NCBI RefSeq assembly: GCF_964213995.1
Contig: NC_135830.1
Coordinates: 11,966,001-12,030,000, forward strand
Reading direction: 5' to 3'
Source of the DNA: Mustelus asterias
Taxonomy: Eukaryota
DNA length: 64,000 nucleotides
Part shown: positions 36,694 to 49,944 of the stretch, in pieces
Layout: each line of letters begins with the position of its first letter
How positions within the stretch are numbered: position 1 is the first letter of the stretch
Program-made: the position numbers and the translations under genes
Notes under the pieces: generated by a model
Database searches by the model: none
What the model was told of the DNA's origin: nothing
The model's input: the letters and a program-made list of their open reading frames with translations, nothing else

Positions 36694-37416
36694 GGTCTCA
36701 GTGCACAGTAACACACGGCGCTGTCTGTCATCTTCAAATACATGAAGAAGTCTCACAACACCAGGTTAAAGTCCAACAGGTTTATTGGCAGCACTAGCTT
36801 TCGAAGTCTCAGGCACCTTCATCAGGTGAATGACTCACTCACTCACTCACCCGATGAAGGAGCCTGAGACTCCGAAAGTTAGTGCTGCCAAGTAAATCTG
36901 TTGGACTTTAACCTGTTGTTGTGAGACTTCTTACTGTGCTTACCCCAGTCCAACGCCGGCATCTCCACATCACCTTCAAATACTTCATGGACAAGTGAAA
37001 AGTACTTCGTTTCTGGTTGCGATTCCCGCTGAAATTTTCGAAGCCGGGAGCTGTCTTCTTATACCCATAACTATCGGCTCTGAGCAGATACTGAGGAGCT
37101 TGTTGTGGATACTGGTGATACCAGAACAGGCCATATTCTCTAGCTGAACTCGGTACAGAGTAACTGCAAGGTGTTGCTGAATCATCACCCTCAGCTGCTT
37201 CAACTCCTGGTTCTGACTGGGACAATGAGTCACCGTTACTCATCTCTGAAAATAAACAGCGGGCACACAGTACGTGAGGAGTAAGAGGAAGAGTTTAATC
37301 ACACAGAGAGGGGAAAAGGAAATTGCACAGGAATCGCAATATATTCTAAGAAGATTCCAGTTTCACTGACCTGTGTTCAGGATAAAAACCAAAGTCAGGA
37401 ATATTTTGACCACCAT
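36694..37416 (-). pseudogene. TRAV: TCR V segment disrupted by a Penelope mini-element (leader 37371-37416; V exon 36694-37245)
   Basis: MVVKIFLTLVFILNT|GT; GDSLSQ...PCSY...WYHQYP...MKYLK[insert]MTDSAVCYCALR; CACAGTG-23-ACCCAAAGC. Confidence 0.88.
36742..36973. mobile_element. Palindromic Penelope-derived mini-element with 10-bp TSD
   Basis: Near-perfect ~85-bp inverted arms; CTTCAAATAC at 36732-36741 and 36974-36983. Confidence 0.9.
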
Positions 37417-37729
37417 GGCTCCAGGCTGAAATCCAGAAGCAGAAACAACAATCTCTGTCTGTACCGGACCTGAAAATTGAAAGAGCCAAGAAGATGTAAT
37501 GCGATAGGTTAGGATTTCTTTTCCCCATAGATTTTCATATCTGCAAATAGTCACTTTCTGCAGAACGAGGCCATAATGTTTGCTCAGTGATCAAACAGCG
37601 CCCTCCCGTGGATAGTACAACCGTATTGGGAACAGATACATAACCAAGAGCCCAGATATATACAAACCGAGGAATATAGAGACCCAGAAATATCCAGCAC
37701 AGCTGCAAAACTCGAAAAAAGCAGCATCC

Positions 37730-40700
37730 ACACCACATCCAACCTGTTAATACCCCTTAGAGTCTTAAAGGTTTCAATGAAGTTGCCTGTTACTTTTCTA
37801 AACTCTAGTGGATACAAACTTAACATCACAATCCTTTCCTCATAACATAACCCGCTGACACCTGGTAACCATTTAGTAAACCTGCTCTGATTGCTTTCCA
37901 ATGCATTAACATTTTTTCTTAAGATAAGAAGACAAGTACTGTACACAATCCTCCAGATGAGGCCTCACCCATGCCCTGTACAACTGAAGCATATCCGTCT
38001 TTCTTTGCAACACATAGAAACGTACAGAAACATAGAAACTAGAAGGAGGAGTTGGTAATTCGGCCCTTCGAGTTTGCACCGCCAATCATTTTGATCATGG
38101 CTGATCATCGAATTAAATATCCTGATCCCCTCTTCCCCCCATATCCCTTGATCTCTTTAGCCCCAAAAGCTATTCCTAATTTCCTCTTAAAATCTGACAA
38201 CTTTTTGGCCTCAACTACTATCTGTGGTAATCAATTCCACACATTCACGACCTTTGGGTGAAGAAATTTGTCCTCTATTCAGTTCTTAAAGGTTTACCCC
38301 TTATCCTCAAACTATGACTCCTATTTCTGGAGTTCCCCAGCATAAGATCGTAAGACCATAAGACATAGGAGCAGAATTAGACGACTTGCCCCATGGGGTC
38401 TGCTCCGCCATTCAATCATGGTTGGGTTTTTTTCCTCATCCCCATTCTCCTGCCATTTCCCCATAAACCCTAATCTCCTTACTAATCAAGAACATATCTA
38501 TCTCTGTCTCAAAGACACTCAATGACCTGGCCTCCACAGCCTTCTGCGGCAAAGCGTTCCACAGATTCACCAATCTCTGGCTGAAGAAATTCGCTCTCTT
38601 CCCTGCTTTAAAGGATCGGCCCTTTAGTCTGAGGTTGTGCCCTCTGGTTCTAGTTGTTCCTACTATTGGGAACATCCTCTCTATGGTCACTCTGTCCAGG
38701 CATCGCAGTATCCTGTACGTTTCAATAAGAACCGCCCCCCCGCCCCGCCCCCTCATGTTTCTAAACTCCAAAGAGTACAGACCCAGTGTCCTCAACCGTT
38801 CCTCATAGGACAAGCGCTTCAGTCCAGGGATCATTCTTGTGTATATCCTCTGGACCCTTTCCAAGCCCAGCACATCCTTCCTTAGATATGGGGCAGAAAG
38901 CTGCACACAATACTCCAAATGGGGTCTGACCATAGCCTTATACAGCCTCAGAAGTACATCCCTGCTCTTGTATATTAGCCCCCTTGGCATTAATGCAAAC
39001 ATTGCACTTGCCTTCCTAACTGCCGACTGAACCTGCAGGTTAGCCTCAAGAGAATTTTGAACAATGATGCCCATGTCCCTTCGTGTTTCTCATTTTCTAA
39101 GCATGTTCCCATTTAAAAAATAACCTATGACTCCATTCCTCCTTCCAAAGTGCATAACCTCACACTTTTCCACATTGTATTCCATCTGCCACTTGTTTGC
39201 CCACTCTCCTAACCTGTCCAAGTCCTTCTGCAGCTCCCCTTGTTCCTCAATAGTCCCTGTCCTTCCACCTTTCTCTGTATCAACTGCAAACTTAGCAACA
39301 GTGCCTTCAGCTCATTCTTCCAAATCGTTAATTTATATTGTGGTCCCAGCACCGATCCCTGAGGCACACCACGAGTCACCGGCTGCCATCCTGAAAAAAG
39401 ACCACTTTACCCCCACTCTCTGCCTTCTGCCAGTCAGCCAATCCTCTATCCATGCCAGGATCTTACCCTTAACAACATCGGGAACATTCTTTCTCAACCT
39501 ACCCTGTAAATCCTGTTAGAATTTCAGAGTTTCAATGTAATACCCTCTCGCTCTTCTGAACTCCAATGAATATAATCCTAACCAATTTATCTCTACTCAA
39601 ATGACAGACCTGCCATCCCAGGAATCAGCCTTGTAAACCTTCGGTGTACTCCGTCTATAGCAAAGATATCCTGCCTCAGATAAGGACACCAACACTGCAC
39701 ACAATATACCAGGGGTGGCCTCACCGACGCCCTACAGAATTGCAGCAAATCATCCCTATCCTTCTGCTCAAATCCTCTCGCTATGAAGGCCCAAATACCA
39801 TTTGCCTTCTTTACTGCCTGCTGTACCTGCAAGCTAACTTTCAGCGACTGATGCACGAGGATTCGAAGGTCCCACTGTGTATCCACCTCTCCCAATTTAG
39901 ACCCATTCAAGTAATAACATGCCGTCCTATCATTGCTGCCAAAGTGGGTAACCTCACACTTATCCGCAACAAACTACATCTGCCATGCATATGCACACAT
40001 TCTCCACCCGTTCAAATCACGTTGATAATATTCTTCGACCTTTTCTTCTTAATTGCTGTACCGATATATTAGCTCCTTGTGTTTCATGCACCAGGGTTGC
40101 CAGAACCCTCTGTACCTCAGAGCTCTGCAATCTCTCACCATTTAGATAGTAAGCTTATTTTATATTCTTCTTGCAAAAATGGTCAAGTCCGCATTGGCCC
40201 ACATAATACACCACTTGCCAGAGCTTTGTTCACTCACTTAACCTATTTATGTCACTTTGTAGCCTCCTTACGTTCTCTTCACAGTTTACTTTCTGATCTA
40301 TATTTGTGTTCTTAGTAAATTTAGCATTGATATATTCACTGTCTTCATCCAAGTCATTTACATCAATTGTAAAAAGTTCATTCCCCAACATTGAAGTCTG
40401 TGGCACTCCATTCGTCACATTCTGTACCTTGAGAAAGACTCACTTATGCTAAATCAGTGTTTCTGGTTTAATAGCCAATCTTGCATCCATGCCAGTATGT
40501 AACCCCTTACATCATGAGCTATTAATTTATGCAATAATCATCGACGTCACCCCTCATCCAATGCCTTTGGGAAATCTAAGTACAGTTTACGCCTTCAACG
40601 ACAGAATATGTGACTCCTTCAACAAACTCTAATAAATGTGTTAAGAATCATGTCCTTTTCACAAAACCATGTTGACCCTGCCGGATTGCCTTGAATTGTG

Positions 40701-41700
40701 CCCTGCTATAACGTCTTCAATAATCTCTGCTAGCATTTTCCCTGTGACGCATGTAATACTTGCTGCCCCACGGTTTCCCGCCTTCTGTCCACCTTCCTAT
40801 TTGAATTAATATATTACATCTGCGATCATCCAATCCAACAGAAACTTCCCCGAAACTCGAGAATTTTGGATATTGAAACGAATCAAAAATCTGACCAGGC
40901 ATTTCTTTCAGAACCTGACGGTGAAAGCCATTCAGACCCCGGAATTTGTCAGCCAGCAGACCCAACAATTTGCTCCATACCATTTCCTGCTTACACTGAT
41001 TTTCCCGAATTCGTCCCTCCACTCCATTTTCTTATTTACAGCTATTTATGTGATGTTACTTGTGTCCACTATATTGAAGCCCAATGTAAATACCTGTTCA
41101 ATTAATGCGCCATAGCCCAGCTTTCCATTACCAATTCCCCAGGTGCTCTTTTTAATGGACCAACGCTCACGTTGTTCTATTCTTAGTTAAACTCGATATA
41201 AATTCTTACGTTTTGTACTGATATTAATAGCTCGCTGTCGCTCGCACTCCAGTGTTTCCTCACTTTTCTATAATTCTGCCATTATTTTAAGTGCTGTATG
41301 TTCTTTCTGATCTCCTGATGTGCTACTTGTCTTTGCGCAAATTTGATTTTTCCTTTCACTTAATGATGTCTTTAACTTTTTGAAATGACCATTGATGATA
41401 GACCTCCATTGCAATTTTTCGTTCTGATTGGAATGTATTATTTTGTGTTCTGAAATATCTACACAAATGTCTGCCAATGAACCTCTATTGATCTATCGTT
41501 TAAGGACATTTTACAGCTCACTCTGCGCTTTCATGCCCTCATAATTACCCTTATTTAAGTTTAAAATAATAGTCTTGGATGCATTCTTCTCTAAGCAAAC
41601 GTATTATTATCGCTGCTTCTAAGAAGTGCTTTCATCAAAAGATTATCAATTGACACTATCTCATTGCACCATTCCAGGTCTAATATAGCCTGCTTACAGT
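37730..41700 (-). mobile_element. Nest of CR1 LINE fragments (three ages; youngest 38342-39475)
   Basis: Repeated LVRPHLEY, GVPQ and FFSQR motifs and several 3' tails on the minus strand. Confidence 0.85.
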
Positions 41701-43723
41701 TGGCTGCAGAATGCCTTATTCGATTAAACGATCCAGAAAAATATCTATTATTTCCTCGTCAATGGTACTTTTGCCCAGCTAATTTTTCCAAACTATATGT
41801 AGATTGAAATGCTCCATGATTATTGCTGTACCAATCTGACAAGCGCCCATTATCTCTTCTTTCTTAATCTGCCCTACATACAGTTGCATTTAGGGGGCCA
41901 CGCCCACAAATGACTTATTGCCTTTATCATTTTTTACCTCGACCAAACTGCTTCCATATCATGTTTTCCTGATCTTAGATCATTCCTCTCTAAAGTGCGA
42001 ATGTCATCATTATTTATCAGAGACAGACCATGGAGAAGGAAAAGATTGTAGCAGTCGGGAGACATTTGGAGCACAACGGACATCGAGGTCAGTCCTTTCT
42101 TGAGTTTGATTCAATGATCGCAGTCACTACATTGTGAGATCTGGAATAAAAACCGAAAATGCTGGATAAGCTCAGCACGTCCGGCAGTTTCTGTGACGAC
42201 AGAAAGAGTTAACCTTTCAGATATAAATGATCTTTCTACAGAACTAAATAAATTATATTGTCGGAAAGGAAACGGAGGAGGCGGGGAAGAATAGAAAAAA
42301 AACATGGTCGGTCGACACAGCGTAAATATGGACAAATTTATCCTGGACATAAGACAAAGGGGAATCCTAATATTGCCATGGAGGGATAAAGAATGTTAAT
42401 GTTGCAAAAGGTAAGATAAATAATGATGGAACTTACGAAACAGTGGCAGGTGGCTAAGTTGGGGGAAGGATTTACTTGTATTGGTGCAGGCCAAGGGAGC
42501 AGAAAAACAACAAACAACAATCCAGAAATATTGGGGGTGGGTGTTAAAATTAAGGGTGGAAGTTTACGAACCATAGTTCTTTAATTCAATGTTGAATCCA
42601 GTCGGCTGCTGTGTTCTGAAACGGAAGATAAAGTGTTGCTATTCCAATGTGCATTGGACATCAGTATCACACTGCAGCAGGTCTAGGAAGGTCATGTGAG
42701 CATGAGGTCAATTATCTGACATGACGATTTCCCAGTTTATATGATACTAGGTCCTTGCTCAATTATCAGGACGATCATTTGTTGCTGATGAGCTCGATGC
42801 TAATTAAGTCCCACGACTGCATTTGTACTTCACTCGACCCTGTCTCTGATATGACTGTAAGAGGACAATATGTCTTTATATATTCCATCATACTCCATCA
42901 CACCTTGGTGCTGCTCGCACTTCGTGAGGTTTTCTCTCGGTTACTATTATACTAAAAATGTTTATTTCTATATTATGTCAACAGTGTCTCCATTTTCACT
43001 GCACTTGGTGCTATTACTTCTAAACTATGTCTCGGTAATTACTTGCCCTGATGATAAATTAATTTATATACAGCAGGCCATGTTTCAATTGTTCCTTTAC
43101 TAGAAATCCTAAATTCATGGTCGGCTATTTGAAAGCCCTTTCAACGTGTGTGGTTTATCGGAACAACTAAAGTGGTGTGGTGTTCCAACAGAGCGCAGTA
43201 TTTGCATGCGATGGTCTCCACCTCATGCATCCTCCCATGTTAGCGAATAGTTATTTCAAATTGTTCCATTTTAAATCTGTTTAAATTTTTGTATAACTAT
43301 CGAGCACTAAACACCAGAAAGCTAACAAAGAAGCCAAACACGTCAACTGATCCGCCAACTATAGGCACATTATGGGAGGATCGGAAGAGATGCTTTTTCA
43401 TCAGAGATGGGACCTCAGCTCAGTATACAAAACGGGGTTCTGATTGATGGAGATGCCAGGACGGTGTGGGCCGAGGAGGGACTGCAGATTCTGCAGACAG
43501 CAATTCACCCACATCGGCAATGGGTTCATCTCTCTTACTAATGTAACATATGAAAGGCATGAAATCATCCTTTAATCTGTTTGTTCTCCGACCTGTTAAT
43601 GAAGTGGATGTTGTAATTTAACTGTTCTTCTGGAGACTCTGACCTGGTATAAAGGAGAGTGTATTTTGCTCTTGCGCAGATAGCATGTGCAACTTGCAGA
43701 ATTCAATTAGTTTCTGAAAGGCG

Positions 43724-46188
43724 ACGCCTGGGCCAGAGAATGGAACACTTTATGCTGTTTATTATCCTATTCTCGCTGCTATTAGTGTCCCAGGTAAGAG
43801 ATGAATCCCGCCGAAATTACTCATTTTTCTTGTGGTGAAAATGTCTCATTTTTTTAGTGAATAAGAGTGCATTACTTCCATTTGCATTATGAAATGTGAC
43901 AATACGCAATTCAGTATATTGCACTTCATGTTTATAGAAAAACTTTACCAGAATGCAGGAATATAAATTGTAATGGTCACATTGTACACACGCTATGTGG
44001 GTGAACCGTTCAACTGAACGAGAGAAATGTATAGAACTCAAGCGTGCTAAATGTTTGATCAAAGAAGTACGTTATCTCAATAAATCTCAGATAAAGTAAG
44101 AGAGAGAAAAACTGACACGTTGAAGATGCGAATTCCAGAGAATAGGGCCCGGGCAGCTAAAATGATAACTGCAATGATGCATCGTTAATATCTGGAATTA
44201 ACAGGAGGGCAAATTTAGATGTACGTTACCGTCTCAGGTAGTTGTAGGGGTGCTGCATATTACAAGGATAGGGAGTGGAGAGGCTGACGAGGCTAACGAG
44301 GTAGTGGATCATTATGGAGGGAGTACTGAAATTGAAGTGTAACTGGACAATGGTTCATAATAGCTCAGCAAGCACAGTGCTGCTGGGTGAACGGGGTGTG
44401 GCTTGAGTAAGAGCACTGGAAACAAATGTTTTGGGTCAGTTGCAGTTCACTGAGAATGCAGGGATGGGCCGCCGAAACCCTACTCCGATGGTCATGGGTC
44501 TAGATATCAGAAAGGATTTCAGTAGCTGTTACCCTAAGGCACAGTTTGACGATGAGCGACATCACGGGCTATATTAGAAAGGAAACGTATGCAGCGTCGG
44601 TGCTTACTTTGTTCTAAGTTAAAGTTTATTTATTAGTTACATTTAGACTTACATTAACACTGAAATGAAGTTGCTGTGAGAGTCCCCTAGCCACCACACC
44701 CTGGCGCCTGTTCCGGTACACAGCGGATGAATCTGGCAAGGCCAGTGCACCGAACCAGCACGTATTTCGGAATGTGGGAGGAAACCAGAGCACGTGGAGG
44801 AAAACCACACAGACACGGGGAGAACGTGCAAACTCCGCACAGACAGGGACTCAAGCCTGGAATCGAACCCAGGTCCCCGACGCTGTGAGGTAGCAGTGCT
44901 AGCCACTGTGCTACCGTGCCACTTATGGTCAATATGGGAATGTGGGCATCTGCAATTTTAGTCCACCGTCAAAACAGGTCATCAATATTGTAAAGAGTTA
45001 CGAGCCTCAGAGGATGGTTAGCCACAGGAATTGAATCAGTTGTCAGAGAGTGGTGTTTGTGACAGGGACTGATTGCTATATTCTATGAATTCACTCATGT
45101 TTAATCCAGCAGTGGCTGTAGAACAAGTAGCAATGGCTTTGGAATAATTGAAATCTGGAGGTGGTGAATAGACAGATCAGGAGGGTTTCAGTCGGGTTTC
45201 AGTAACTGATTGGATCAGGGAATAGCTATTTTTTTTGCAGTCCACTCGGTAACGTCTTTCTCCTTTTATTCTCTTACAGCCAACTTGGTGGCGATCATCA
45301 TCCTATCCCGTGGACGGTGCGGACTCTCCCAGTGCATCACTTACTACCTCGTGGCGATAGCGGTGACTGATTTCCTTGTCATGGTTACCACTGTTATCCT
45401 CAACCGCATAGGTGGCGTTTATTTCAGGTACAGTGTCCTATCTACCACCCCCGGATGAGCTGTCAGCACTGTGCTGGTTTGTGAAACCCGGGATGGTTCA
45501 GTCTGGCTGACAGTGGCTTTCACCTTAGACAGTTATGTGGTCATCTGCTGTCAGAAAGTAAAGGCCAGATGCTGCATTGAGAAAACAGCATTGCTGGTTT
45601 TCGGACTTGTCTGTACTCGAAGCTACGTGAAGAACATTCCATTTTACTTCACCTATTAGCCCTTGTACATCCTGGACGGGGTACCCTGGTTCTGTGATAT
45701 TATGTTCAGCTATTACTCTTGCCCACCTGGCAGGCCTATGACTGGCTGGACCATACAGTAACGCCCTTTCTCCCATTCCTCCTCATTCTGATTCTCAACT
45801 CTCTCACCGTCAAACACATTTTAGTCGGCAGCAGAAACCGCAGGACGCTTCGGAGCACCGAGAATCATGGAGATCCAGAGATGGCAAACCGCAGGAGATC
45901 CATTGTCTTGCTATTCACCATCTTACTCAGTTTCCTCCTCCTTTGGGTCACCTAGGTCGGGCATTTTCTCGACGTGCGAGTTACGGGTGAGGCTTACTTC
46001 ACCGGCCTGGATTTCAATGACCCACACTTCATCCTTCAAGAAACTACAAACATGCTCCAGTTAGTTCCTGCAACAGCAACCTTATCAATGCAGTAGCCCA
46101 AAAGAAGTTCAGAAATGAACTGAAGAATGTTCTGCTTTTTCCCTTCTCCACTTTCACCAGTTGTTTTCGGTTGGACCGGATTTTATGA
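43724..46188 (+). pseudogene. GPR139/GPR142-like class A GPCR pseudogene, two exons (43724-43793, 45280-46188)
   Basis: Exon 1 (ACG)PGPENGTLYAVYYPILAAISVP| splices in phase 1 to ANLVAIIILSRGRCGLS..., SVWLTVAFTLD, DPEMANRRRSIVLLF; start codon lost; stops at ~45456, 45657, 45953. Confidence 0.88.
44624..44921 (-). mobile_element. V-SINE-like SINE with alternative tail, in the GPCR intron
   Basis: Same structure as 30380-30641. Confidence 0.8.
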
Positions 46189-47384
46189 TCCAGATAATGA
46201 CCAGTAATGCTTTGTTTACAGAAGTCAAGTTTGAAACCCTACTTGCTTACTCAGAGGATACCACCACAATGTCTCCCGTTCTTACACAAATAAAATAAAT
46301 GTTGTCATGTAAAGTCAGAAACATAAAGCCATTTACAACATCAATCTCATCCAGCAGCATTCAGAATTAACATATGGTATATGAGGAGTAACGGAAGAAA
46401 AGTTATCTACAAAACAGTATTGCACATTAAATGGCAGATGGGAACAAGGCAGATCCCATAGGATTTCCATGATTTCAGGTGGATGGTGTCAGATAGAACA
46501 GAACAGGGAGAGGGGGTCCCTAGGATGATGCTCAGTGAATTCTGGGAATTAATATCAGGGGGAATGGATCTGATCAGGGAGAAATGCATACGAGAAACAG
46601 AAGGCACTGGGAGACGTTTAATGGCTACAACCAGACAGTCAGTGTGTTTTCTGGACAGTGGAGTCTTTTTTTTATGTCATGGAGCAGTAAGAGAAAAAAT
46701 CTGTCTTTGTGTGTTTTAACCAATTGTGAAGCTGAAATATCTGTATCAGAAGGCCCCAGCCTCGGAGAATAAGTAGTTAATTGTATCAAATGGGCCCCAG
46801 CTTTTTGAAACTTCTGCGTTTTTTTCTCTCTGGTCAATCCCAAAGATCCCAATCTAGTCATAATTTGAAAATTTGTATTCGATGATGTGCTTATCTGAAA
46901 TACGACTGAAGGGGAAAATTATTAACCAATTTACAAGGTTTTTGACAGAATACATAAGACACTACAAACAAAGAGTTAAATGATTCTTGAAACAAGGATA
47001 ATAAGGGAATGAAACAAATACTTTACAAATACGTGGATGCAATAAGAGAATTAAATAAATAACTATGATTAAAGAACATATATGCTCATATTTTAAATGT
47101 AATTTATGCATTGAATGAATTATTGATCATTTCAACCAAAAGCAAGTCACTGTAAGGTATGATGATACATCGAAGAGTTGAGAGCCAATGGCCTGGGAAC
47201 CTTAGTAGTTAGCAGAATTAATATCTGAAAGTTTCTGGCGATGGAACACATTTTGCAACTTTATGAGTGGGGACATTCAATGTTTAGACATAGAATAGAT
47301 CGTACTGGGACTCAGTACGTGTCTATCCAGTTTTGGAAATGAGCCGGTGGGAATGTTCATTTTGACCTCCTCACACAGAGATTT

Positions 47385-48211
47385 TGTCATGGTTCCCCAG
47401 GACGACAATTCGTTCACATCGGTTTAAAACAGAGAGTCTGAGCAGCGATCTTCCAAGCAATAGACTTTATTTCTCAGCACAAGCGATAAAGTCGGGATCT
47501 CCGGATCAATCCAAAGAGCCCTTGGGCTTACAATCTTTTATGTACATTTCAGCCTCCTATCTCAAGATCCTTATCTCCCTTTTACAGCCTGTCCTTGGTT
47601 GTTATCTTACCCTACAGCCCGATCTTTCTTTGGCCACCATTATTTTTAGTTGACTCTTTATCTGTTTTCTTTGCAATTGGTCGTTACCTGTTATATCTCT
47701 TCGTTTCTTAAACCATGGTGGTTATAACTCTTGCTCTTATCTGAACTTTTCTGTTTGTACAATAATCGTGGTTTTGCAGGCTAAGGCCGAAAGTGTTTAG
47801 AAGAAAAGACATTCTCTCTGCTGACTTATGGTCCACTAATGTGTTTAGAAGAAAAGACATTCTCTCTGCTGACTTATGGTCCACTAATGTGTTTAGAAGA
47901 AAAGACATTCTCTCTGCTGACTTATGGTCCACTATTAAGTTGAACCACCGAGCAGTCTTCCTTGTTTTCCCAGGTGGCTATTGTTTGCTTTCCTTAATTA
48001 GTGATTGCTATATTACTTCTCTAGTTCCTCTAGTTCCTCCACTTTGATCATATCGACTACACTTGATTATATTAGGTCGGGTCACACGAGGTTACTTTAG
48101 GTTATATACCCATCTCACTACTCACCTAAATCTGCTATATCATTTTACTAAAACCTATGAATCTGAATTCCATACTAAACTCATACAATATCCAGTACAA
48201 TTTCCCTTACA
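47385..48211 (-). repeat. ERV 3' LTR (three 48-bp tandem repeats at 47793-47935)
   Basis: Homologous to 55492-56257; begins TGTAAGGG after the PPT; AATAAA on the minus strand at ~47470. Confidence 0.9.
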
Positions 48212-48574
48212 AGTCCCCCCTTTGAGGCTATTCCCTAGCCTCATCCCAATTACCAAGCTCAAATAATCCCCTCGCTCGATCCCATTTGCATTTTATTTTA
48301 ATCACTCTTTGCAGGCGATGTGGAGGAGCCGAATATTTTGGTCAGGGATCAATGTCCCTATTCTAACTTTATCATAATTTGTCTATCCCGGTTCTGATTT
48401 TTGGGTTGCTCCTCCAGATTGCCTGCCCCTGACAGTCATCAGCCAAAAACCTTCCCACTCTTGTCTAGGGAAGGGAAAAAGACTGATTCCTGTGTACAGA
48501 CTAAGTTCTCCTGGTTTCGTGCGGACTTCAGCAAGGTGCTGTTGTTTCCACAAGGTGATCTTCCACTATTGTAG

Positions 48575-49944
48575 TTATTTTACAGAGTGACGAGTTTCAA
48601 CTTCGACCAAGGTCATTGTGAATCCACTCAGCGGGGGCGGCTCAAGATTTTCCCATTCCTCTGTTTTTTCTCTCGAGCGTGAGCTGCTTAGCACCCGCGT
48701 CACCATCTGCCGCGCTGCCACTCTGGTAAGGAAGGATCTCAGGGCGGGTAAAAAACAACAAAATATCAATCCCAGAATGATTATTGTTGCGATTGCTACA
48801 GCTCCAGCTTTGGCAAATCACGCCCCCCATCTTCCTAATATTCTGTCCAGCCAACTCCATACCTCATGCCCAAACCCAGCATTTTCTTTCACTTCTTTCT
48901 TAAGATTTCTTAACTTATTCATGGCTTGTGTAAATGACCCCTCTGGATTAGTGTTATTAGGGATAAATGTGCAGCACTGATCCCCAAACATAACACACAC
49001 CCCTCCTTTCTCTGCCAGGAGCCAATCTAACGCCTGTCGATTTTGCCACGCCATTTTGCTGGTCGCATCCAACTGCTCTCCTAAGGCCTCCAGGGCATCA
49101 TTCGTATAATTAATAAACCTCTGCTGATTATAATAGATGTAATTGATCCACTCAGTATTCTTGCTGGGTGTGATCCAAACAAAGAGGGATTCAAACCCTG
49201 CAGCTATTTCGTTCCTAGCTTTGAACTCATTCGGGATGCCGCGGGGCTGTCCGATTGCGTCCAATTTTATCGTAGGGTCAGGGGTATATGCCCTCTTAAC
49301 TTTTTGTGATTTAATTTTTCTTTCCACCGGTAGTATCACAATGCTCTGGGCAAGCATAACTCGAGCACATAGTCCCTTCCAATTCTGTGGTAATTTTGCC
49401 AATAGCCCTTTCTCCGGGCCACAAAGCCACCAGAGATCGGCCAGTTGATTTTCTTGATAGTCTAACACATAAGGAGGGGGTGCCCATCCCCCTCCTGAGA
49501 GGATCAGATTAAGAGCATCGGTTATATTCCAAATCCTTTCACACTCTCCTGTGTAATTTCCCACACTACTTCCTGTGCTACTTTCCCTCCAATAGCAATC
49601 TTGGATTTGTAAGTTGGGCTCTACACTCCATTCCTTTGGGACCGCGTCCACTGCCGTTTTTGGCCACTTTGGACATCTGTGGGCCAAGTTGTAGATGCCC
49701 TTTTTTACCCCAGCAAACAGGATGCAGTGGTATTGACACAACGGCGGCTCACCTTTACAAAGGTTATCACATGCGGATCCGGAACAGTTTATCTTCTCAT
49801 ACGAGTAGTTCCGATTCCCTATCATATGATACCGTATATATGTGGTATATGGACGGCAATTTTCCTTTCTCCAGCTTTGTTTCCTGGTTCCACAGTCTCC
49901 TGATCCCCATGGTATATCAGTTACTTGGGTGTTAGGTTTCTCTG
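48575..49944 (-). pseudogene. env: env (5'-deleted; TGA at 48818-48820 before the membrane anchor)
   Basis: Gamma-type TM with ISD and CX6CC; hydrophobic anchor and tail continue in frame after the stop to 48575. Confidence 0.88.

Noticed and set aside
4467-37416. NAR-TCR, IgH-like V, or D/J/C segments
   Set aside because: No 12-RSS, FGxG J motif, VNAR/VH framework or constant exon recognised; the V genes have TCR alpha/delta-type frameworks. Very short D segments could have been missed by eye
43740-43793. Apparent orphan V leader exon (MEHFMLFIILFSLLLVSQ|GT)
   Set aside because: It is phase 0, unlike V leaders; another frame gives YYPILAAISVP, which splices in phase 1 to the GPCR exon at 45280
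47793-47935. CRISPR-like or coding repeat
   Set aside because: Head-to-tail 48-bp repeats with no spacers, inside a retroviral LTR in eukaryotic DNA
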